Translations under genes and position numbers: made by a program
Assembly (NCBI GenBank): GCA_050118205.1
Contig: JASFLG010000001.1
Span: 1-31,790, forward strand
DNA: 31,790 bases
Direction of reading: 5' to 3'
DNA from: Pseudomonadales bacterium
GTDB lineage: Bacteria; Pseudomonadota; Gammaproteobacteria; Pseudomonadales; Azotimanducaceae
Part shown: positions 26,341-31,790 of the stretch, piece after piece
How the letters are laid out: each line of letters begins with the position of its first letter
Position numbering within the stretch: the stretch's first letter is position 1
Notes under the pieces: generated by a model
The model's database searches: none
The model's input: the letters and a program-made list of their open reading frames with translations, nothing else
Told to the model about the DNA's origin: nothing

Positions 26341-26876
26341 CGGGACGGACACGCAGATTGCTGGGGGCCGTGCTCGGCTCGCTGGCGGCCGCCGGGATCA
26401 TCCTGGTGACGGTGGTGCTGCCGGCGGAGTACGACCTCGATCCCCTGGGCACCGGGGAGTGGCTGGGCCTGACGGGCCTTGCCCGCGCCACACCATCCGT
26501 TGTCACACCGCAGACGGCACCCTACCGGGACGACCGGGTGCGCTTCGAGCTCGAGCCTTTCGAGTCCGTGGAGTACAAGTACCGGTTCGAAAAGGGCGAT
26601 GCCATGGTGTTCTCCTGGCTTTCCAGCGGTGAGGTCATCTTCGACCTGCATGCCGAGCCCGAGGGCGCCGCGGACGGTTTTGCGGAGAGCTTCGAGCGGG
26701 GGCGCGATGTCGGGCGGCACGGGAGCTACATCGCGCCCTTCGCCGGGATTCACGGCTGGTTCTGGGAAAATCGAGGCATGACGCCGGTCACCGTGGAGCT
26801 CACAGCGTCCGGCTTTTTTACCTGCGCGATCGAGTTCCGGGACGGATATCGCGACCGTCGGGTGCCAGGCTCGTGA
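26337..26876 (+). CDS. 'Transmembrane anchor'-type protein: one TM plus a small beta-sandwich; typical partner of HupE/UreJ
   Basis: ATGA overlap; N-terminal TM, VLPAEYDLDPLG..LGLT, EYKY, FDLHAEP, APFAGIHGWFWEN. Confidence 0.72.
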   Translation: MTGRTRRLLGAVLGSLAAAGIILVTVVLPAEYDLDPLGTGEWLGLTGLARATPSVVTPQTAPYRDDRVRFELEPFESVEYKYRFEKGDAMVFSWLSSGEVIFDLHAEPEGAADGFAESFERGRDVGRHGSYIAPFAGIHGWFWENRGMTPVTVELTASGFFTCAIEFRDGYRDRRVPGS

Positions 26877-26905
26877 GCTGCCATGGCATGCCCGAACCGG
26901 TGGGT

Positions 26906-26911
26906 TACAAT
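26906..26911 (+). promoter_or_regulatory. Possible sigma70 -10 element (TACAAT) ahead of the DUF6644-like pair
   Basis: 5/6 match 17 nt upstream of the ATG at 26929; no convincing -35. Confidence 0.35.
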
Positions 26912-26928
26912 GCGCGCCTCGATGGGGG

Positions 26929-27492
26929 ATGGGTTTGTCGCTGCTGAGTTTTGCACAGTGGTTGGATTCGCAGGCGTGGAGCACCGCGCTGCACGAGTCG
27001 CTCTACATGTATCCGTGGATAGAGAGTGCCCACGTGCTGACCCTGATGCTGTTCGTGGGCACTCTCATCGCCGTCGACCTGCGCCTGCTCGGCGTCGCCT
27101 TCCGCACCGTTCCCGTGTCTGAGATGACCAGCCGGATGCTGCCCTGGACAGTGGCCGGGTTTGTGATCATGGTGATCACCGGGGCGCTGCTTTTCTATGC
27201 CATCCCCGTGCGCACGTACCAGAGCCTGTGGTTCCGCACCAAGATGCTGCTGCTGGCCGTGGCCGGGATCAACGCCTTGGTGATGCACCGGAAGATCATG
27301 GCCAATCGGAGCGACTGGGACACCGCACCGACGCCACCGCGCAGCGCGCGCATCTCGGCTGCCGTGTCCCTCACCGCCTGGGCCGGGGTGATCATTACCG
27401 GACGCTTCATCGCCTACAACTGGTTCGACTGTGACCGTCCGCAGCCGGATTGGGTGGTGTTTCTCGCGGGTTGCGTCGTCGAGGACGTTTAG
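26929..27492 (+). CDS. DUF6644-like 4-TM membrane protein, copy A
   Basis: WIESAHVL, DLRLLG, TGALLF, WFRTKM, GRFIAY; Cys-pair C-terminal tail. Confidence 0.75.
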   Translation: MGLSLLSFAQWLDSQAWSTALHESLYMYPWIESAHVLTLMLFVGTLIAVDLRLLGVAFRTVPVSEMTSRMLPWTVAGFVIMVITGALLFYAIPVRTYQSLWFRTKMLLLAVAGINALVMHRKIMANRSDWDTAPTPPRSARISAAVSLTAWAGVIITGRFIAYNWFDCDRPQPDWVVFLAGCVVEDV

Positions 27493-27501
27493 GAGCCGGT
27501 C

Positions 27502-27978
27502 GTGGACGTGGAGTGGGTCAGGGTGTTCGACGCCATCGAGCAGACCTGGGTGGGGCAGACCATCAAGGAGTCGCTCTGGTATTTTCCGGCCATTGAGGCG
27601 GTGCATCTGCTCGGTCTCGCGATGCTGGGCGGCGCCATTCTCGTCGTCGACCTGCGAATGCTCGGGGTGGGTATCACCGGGCAGCCCATCGCCGCGGTGG
27701 CCCGGGCGGCCAATCGCTGGCTGATCGCCTCCATCGCCGTGCTCGTGGGCACCGGCGTGCTGCTCTTCGTGTCCGAGGCGGTCAAGTGTTACTACAACCC
27801 GTCTTTCTGGGTGAAGATGAGCGCGCTGGCGCTGGGCCTCGTGTTCACATTCACCATCCGCAATCGGATTGCCCGGGCGGAGCGGGTGGCCCCGACCGTT
27901 TATCGGCTTGTTGCCGTGCTCTCGATCAGCGTCTGGTTCGTGGTGGCCGCTGCCGGCCGCTGGATCGGATTCTCCTGA
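27502..27978 (+). CDS. DUF6644-like 4-TM membrane protein, copy B
   Basis: AGGAG RBS, GTG start; AIEAVHLL, DLRMLG, TGVLLF, FWVKM, GRWIGF. Confidence 0.75.
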   Translation: MDVEWVRVFDAIEQTWVGQTIKESLWYFPAIEAVHLLGLAMLGGAILVVDLRMLGVGITGQPIAAVARAANRWLIASIAVLVGTGVLLFVSEAVKCYYNPSFWVKMSALALGLVFTFTIRNRIARAERVAPTVYRLVAVLSISVWFVVAAAGRWIGFS

Positions 27979-28002
27979 AGCATCCCTGGCCCCGAAATCG
28001 GG

Positions 28003-29934
28003 CTAACGGGGCAGCGCAAATGCCACGAGATGATCGCCCGGCGGGTTCACGCCGATCATGTGCCCGCCGGCGGCAATGACGACGTACTGGCGGCCGCCGT
28101 CCTCGAGCTGATAGGTCATGGGCGTCGAGTTCGCTGCCGTCGGCAGCCGGGCGCGCCAGAGCTCCTCACCCGTCCGGGCATCGAAGGCCCTGAACGCGTG
28201 CTCGAGCGGTCCGCCGGCAAACAGCACGCCACCCTTCGTGACCGTGAGCCCGCCGATGGCCGGCACGCCGTGGATCCACCAGAAGGGAAACGGGGCCATG
28301 TCCCGGGTGGTGCCGAGCGGCACGCTCCAGAGGATCCGGCCGGCGACCAGGTCCATGGCGTCCACGGTTGCCCAGGGCGGCGCCGTGCAGGGAACGCCGA
28401 GTGGCGAGAGCACCATGTCGGTCGAGGAGCAGTAGGGGGTGCCGATCTGGTTCTCGCGGCCCGTGGTCCGGCAGACTTCCCGTGGGATCAGACGGAGCTC
28501 GCTGGGCACACGCATGGTGATCACGTACATGATCTGACTGTCCAGGTCGATGGCGGGCGATCCCCAGTTGTTGCCACCGGCATTGCCGGGATAGAACAGC
28601 GAGCCCCCGGTGGTGCCCGGCGTGTAGATGCCGTCGTTGCGGAGCGCGGCAAGCCGCTTCCGGCACTGCTGCTCGTCCCAGATCATGAGGCCCCAGGCAT
28701 CGTCCTCCGTGATCGGAGACATCAGGCTGGGGAAGTGGGTCGGGAACGGCTGCGTCGGGGAGAGATACTCTCCGGGCACCGGCGCCTGTGGCACCGGACG
28801 TTCCTCGACCGGATACACGGGCTTGCCGGTGTCCCGATCCAGCACGAAGGTGAGACCCATCTTCGTGACCTGCACCACCACGGGCACGCGCCGGCCATGG
28901 ACGGTGAGGTCCATCAGCGTCGGCTGTGCGGGGGTGTCGTAGTCCCAGACGTCGTGGTGGACCATCTGATAGCGCCAGACGATCCGGCCGGTATCGCCCT
29001 CGAGCGCGACGACCGAGCTCGAGTACTCGTCGAGCCCCTCGCGCTGGCCGCCGTAGTAGTCGGGCGAGGTGTTGCCCGTGGGCACGATCACCAGATTGCG
29101 TTCGGGATCGACGCTGATGATCGACCAGACGTTGGTGGTACCACTCCGGTAGGAACCGTCCGGATCGTGCTTGGGCATGCCCTCGGGCACCGGGTTCCAC
29201 GCCCAGACCAGGTCGCCGCTGGTCACGTCGTAGGCACGGACCACACCGCTGGGAATGTCCGTGCGCACGTTGTCCAGCACCATGGCGCCGGTGATCACGA
29301 GGTCCCCCAGGATGGCCGGGGGCGAGGTGACCCCGTACTCGAAGGCGGCATGCCGGGACAGGCCCGGGGTCAGGTCCACGGTGCCGCCGTCGCCGAAGTC
29401 CCCACAGGGGCGGCCCGTTGCCGCGTCCAGGGCGATCAGACGCGCATCGAGCGTGCCGGTGAGAATCCGGTGGCTGCAGGCGCGGGCATCTCCCGGATGC
29501 CAGTCAGCTGCTTTCCAGCTCGACACGCCACGGCAGTTCGGCAGCACGCTGTTCGCGGCGAAGTCGAGCTTCGGATCGTAGGACCACAGCTCCCGGCCGG
29601 TCTCCGCGTCCAGCGCGAACACGCGATTGAACGGGGTGCAGTAGTAGAGCGTCCGGTCGACGAGGATGGGTGTGGCCTGGAACGCGCTCGGTCCGGAACG
29701 CCTGCCGTCCGGGAGCGTGCCGCCGGCCGTGAAGTCGCCCGAGTTGTGCTCCCAGACCTGCTCGAGGTATCGGACGTTCTCCGGCGTGATCTGATCGGCG
29801 GCAGAATAGTGGGACCCGCCCGGGGTGGCGCCGTAGGCGGGCCAGCCGGCGACCGTTCCCGGGCCGACATCGGCGGAGCCCTGGCTGCAACCGGCAACGA
29901 CAAGCGTGGCGATGGCGGCAACGGTCCTGATCAG
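28003..29934 (-). CDS. PQQ-dependent dehydrogenase of the glucose/quinate/shikimate family, lipoprotein-anchored, 643 aa with a putative CTG start
   Basis: The frame continues 104 codons above the track start: lipobox VAGC, WPAYG..GGSHYS..QITPENV, FQATP; also CRGV, HHDVWDYDTPAQPTL, PCTAPPW, AFDARTGEELW, YVVIAAGGH. Confidence 0.88.
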   Translation of the reverse strand: MIRTVAAIATLVVAGCSQGSADVGPGTVAGWPAYGATPGGSHYSAADQITPENVRYLEQVWEHNSGDFTAGGTLPDGRRSGPSAFQATPILVDRTLYYCTPFNRVFALDAETGRELWSYDPKLDFAANSVLPNCRGVSSWKAADWHPGDARACSHRILTGTLDARLIALDAATGRPCGDFGDGGTVDLTPGLSRHAAFEYGVTSPPAILGDLVITGAMVLDNVRTDIPSGVVRAYDVTSGDLVWAWNPVPEGMPKHDPDGSYRSGTTNVWSIISVDPERNLVIVPTGNTSPDYYGGQREGLDEYSSSVVALEGDTGRIVWRYQMVHHDVWDYDTPAQPTLMDLTVHGRRVPVVVQVTKMGLTFVLDRDTGKPVYPVEERPVPQAPVPGEYLSPTQPFPTHFPSLMSPITEDDAWGLMIWDEQQCRKRLAALRNDGIYTPGTTGGSLFYPGNAGGNNWGSPAIDLDSQIMYVITMRVPSELRLIPREVCRTTGRENQIGTPYCSSTDMVLSPLGVPCTAPPWATVDAMDLVAGRILWSVPLGTTRDMAPFPFWWIHGVPAIGGLTVTKGGVLFAGGPLEHAFRAFDARTGEELWRARLPTAANSTPMTYQLEDGGRQYVVIAAGGHMIGVNPPGDHLVAFALPR

Positions 29935-29983
29935 AGGTTCTCCGTGCGGTCTGGCTCGAGCGCGGCAGTCGTGCGCGGTAGCG

Positions 29984-30316
29984 TCAGCCGACCTCCGAGG
30001 CGAAGAACACGAGCAGGGTCATATCCTCCTCGATCTCGAAGAAGGAGTGGGTCTCGGTGGCCTTCACGTAGAGGACGTTGCCGGCGGATATCTCCCTGTC
30101 CTCGTCTCCGACCTTCATGCGTGCGCGACCTTCGAGCACATAGTACACCTCGTCCTCGTCGTGGGGCGTCTGCATGTCCTTGGACCCGGTCGGGAGATGG
30201 TAGACACCGCAGGAGAGGGACGGGACGTTCAGGAACTGCTTGTACTGAACCTTGTCGCCGGCCAGAGACTTCTGGATTGCGTTGATGTCGAAGACCTGCC
30301 AGCTCGAATCACTCAT
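29984..30316 (-). CDS. Single-domain cupin, 110 aa
   Basis: PHDEDEVYYVLEG motif 1 and VLYVKATETHSF motif 2. Confidence 0.85.
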   Translation of the reverse strand: MSDSSWQVFDINAIQKSLAGDKVQYKQFLNVPSLSCGVYHLPTGSKDMQTPHDEDEVYYVLEGRARMKVGDEDREISAGNVLYVKATETHSFFEIEEDMTLLVFFASEVG

Positions 30317-30399
30317 GGGCCATCTCTCTTTTTGCCGAACGTGAGGAATGATAGAGGCCCCTAGGGTATTCTGAAACATCGGAAAAGAGGGAGGGACTC

Positions 30400-30810
30400 G
30401 TGGCATTCGATCCCGGTGCCGAGTGGGCGAAGCGGCCGTGGTGGCTGAACGTGCTGCTCGGCTTCTGTCTGTTCATGACGGTCATCTACAGCCCCTTCGA
30501 TGTGGTCCTCAAACCCCTGGCCCAGGATCAGGACGTGTGGCTTGGCTATACATTCACCGGGTGGGCTGCGAAGGCCGGTGGGGTGGTGCACTGGATCGTC
30601 TACGGAACGCTCACCTGGGGCCTGTGGGTCATGAGACCCTGGGCGTGGTTGCTCGGCAGCCTGTACGCGACCCAGGTCGCTCTCGCCATGTTCCTCTGGC
30701 CGCTGTTCAACGCCGGCAGCTGGATGTACGCGGTTGTGGCGGGGACGCTGTTTGCGGTTCCCGCAGTCGCCCTGTGGCGCGCCAGGGACCGGTTCGGGGG
30801 CGCGGTGTGA
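30400..30810 (+). CDS. Hypothetical Trp-rich membrane protein with about 4 TM segments
   Basis: GAGGGAGG RBS, GTG start, hydrophobic segments, GTGA overlap with alaX. Confidence 0.72.
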   Translation: MAFDPGAEWAKRPWWLNVLLGFCLFMTVIYSPFDVVLKPLAQDQDVWLGYTFTGWAAKAGGVVHWIVYGTLTWGLWVMRPWAWLLGSLYATQVALAMFLWPLFNAGSWMYAVVAGTLFAVPAVALWRARDRFGGAV

Positions 30811-31520
30811 CGGAACGGCTCTACGAACGGGATGCGTATCTCGAGGAGACCGACGCGGCCGTGGTTGCCGTGCACGACGGCGGCATCGAGCTCGATCGCA
30901 CGGTCTTCTATGCCCGCGGCGGCGGCCAGCCGGGGGACAGCGGCGTGCTGATGGCACCCGACGGCGCCGAGGTCCGCATCGTGGACACGGTGAAGGGCGA
31001 AGCGTCTGCAGTGCTGCACGTGCCCGCGCCGGGCTCCGATCTTCCCGCGCTCGCACCAGGCACCCGGGTGCGTGCCCGCATCGACTGGGCGCGGCGGCAC
31101 CGGCACATGCGCATGCACACGTGTCTGCATCTGCTCTGTGCGCTGGTGGACGCGCCGGTGACCGGCGGCAACCTCACGGCGGAAAAGGGCCGGCTGGATT
31201 TCGACCTGCCGGAAGCGGGCATCGACAAGGATGCGCTCACCCGGGCGCTGAACGAGCTGATCGCTGCTGATACGGCGACTGCGCTCGAGTGGATCACCGA
31301 CGAGGCGCTGGCGGCTCAGCCGGAGCTCGTCAAGACCATGTCCGTGCAGCCGCCGACGGGCACGGGTACGGTGCGGCTGCTGTCGATTCCCGGTGTCGAT
31401 CTGCAGCCCTGCGGCGGCACCCACGTGGCGCGCACCGGTGAGATCGGCCAGGTTCGGGTAAGCAAGATCGAGAAGAAGAGCCGCCTGAACCGCCGCATCA
31501 GCGTGGTCTTCGAAGGCTGA
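30807..31520 (+). CDS. alaX: Free-standing alanyl-tRNA editing protein (AlaX-M type)
   Basis: LDRTVFYARGGGQPGDSG, HMRMHTCLH (HXXXH), GRLDFD, DLQPCGGTHV (CXXXH). Confidence 0.92.
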   Translation: MTERLYERDAYLEETDAAVVAVHDGGIELDRTVFYARGGGQPGDSGVLMAPDGAEVRIVDTVKGEASAVLHVPAPGSDLPALAPGTRVRARIDWARRHRHMRMHTCLHLLCALVDAPVTGGNLTAEKGRLDFDLPEAGIDKDALTRALNELIAADTATALEWITDEALAAQPELVKTMSVQPPTGTGTVRLLSIPGVDLQPCGGTHVARTGEIGQVRVSKIEKKSRLNRRISVVFEG

Positions 31521-31541
31521 CCGTTCTCTGCCGGGAATCCG

Positions 31542-31790
31542 TCAGTCTTCGAGCGCGTAGGCGATCAGGTGATCGCCGGCCGGCGCTTCGCTCGTCCAGT
31601 GGCCGCCGGCGGCGACCAGCACGAACTGGCGGCCGCCCGAGGTATAGCTCATGGGCACGGCGTTCGCGGTGGTCGGCAGCTTGTCCTTCCAGAGCTCTTC
31701 CCCGGTCTCGATGTCGAACGCGCGCAGGTAGCGATCACTGGCGGAGCCGATGAACACGAGCCCGGCCCGGGTCACCATGGCACCGCCCAT
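31542..31790 (-). CDS. Second PQQ-dependent dehydrogenase, C-terminal fragment (runs off the window)
   Basis: GGAMVTRAGLVF, RAFDIETGEELW, LPTTANAVPMSY, QFVLVAAGGH, GDHLIAYAL; colinear with the C-terminus of 28003..29934. Confidence 0.85.
   Translation of the reverse strand: MGGAMVTRAGLVFIGSASDRYLRAFDIETGEELWKDKLPTTANAVPMSYTSGGRQFVLVAAGGHWTSEAPAGDHLIAYALED

Noticed and set aside
28940-28965. WDYD as proof of lanthanide dependence
   Set aside because: The same WD-x-D pattern occurs in Ca/Mg-dependent membrane glucose dehydrogenases; not diagnostic alone.
29622-29990. Frameshifted or pseudogenised PQQ dehydrogenase
   Set aside because: The frame is continuous from signal peptide to stop with intact motifs; only the start codon is atypical.
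1-31790. CRISPR arrays, tRNA/rRNA, IS elements, integrases, defence genes
   Set aside because: No regularly spaced repeats, cloverleaf or T-loop signatures, transposase motifs or terminal inverted repeats were seen on manual reading.

Overview
High-GC window (roughly two-thirds G+C by eye) with dense, core-like coding and no tRNA, rRNA, CRISPR array, transposase or integrase that I can recognise. TamAB, an E. coli-type CysH and a perfect FNR box suggest a Gram-negative, probably gammaproteobacterial, genome (inference). Gene order: RIO1-type kinase; conserved hypothetical; small lipoprotein coupled to an MFS transporter; cysH; AspH/LpxO-like dioxygenase; tandem two-barrel outer-membrane protein; VOC gene divergent from marR, a P-loop kinase and a nitroreductase, with a palindromic operator between them; pccB-pccA; M13 lipopeptidase, ALDH7, lysine 6-dehydrogenase-like enzyme and holin-like protein; NHL/PAL-like propeller; crotonase; a structured intergenic region with two small orphans; tamAB; a cytochrome c'-like, HupE/UreJ, anchor protein and two DUF6644-like genes; a lipoprotein PQQ dehydrogenase; cupin; membrane protein and alaX; and the 3' end of a second PQQ dehydrogenase. 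The main items missed by the ORF track are: (1) a 38-aa single-TM protein behind a perfect FNR box in class II geometry, divergent from the uncharacterised heme/metal/membrane module; (2) a 56-aa acidic ORF with a strong RBS; (3) two genes (PQQ dehydrogenase, HupE/UreJ) whose signal peptides are best explained by CTG initiation; (4) a candidate structured RNA at about 19010-19121. All family assignments come from motif recognition by eye; no searches were run.
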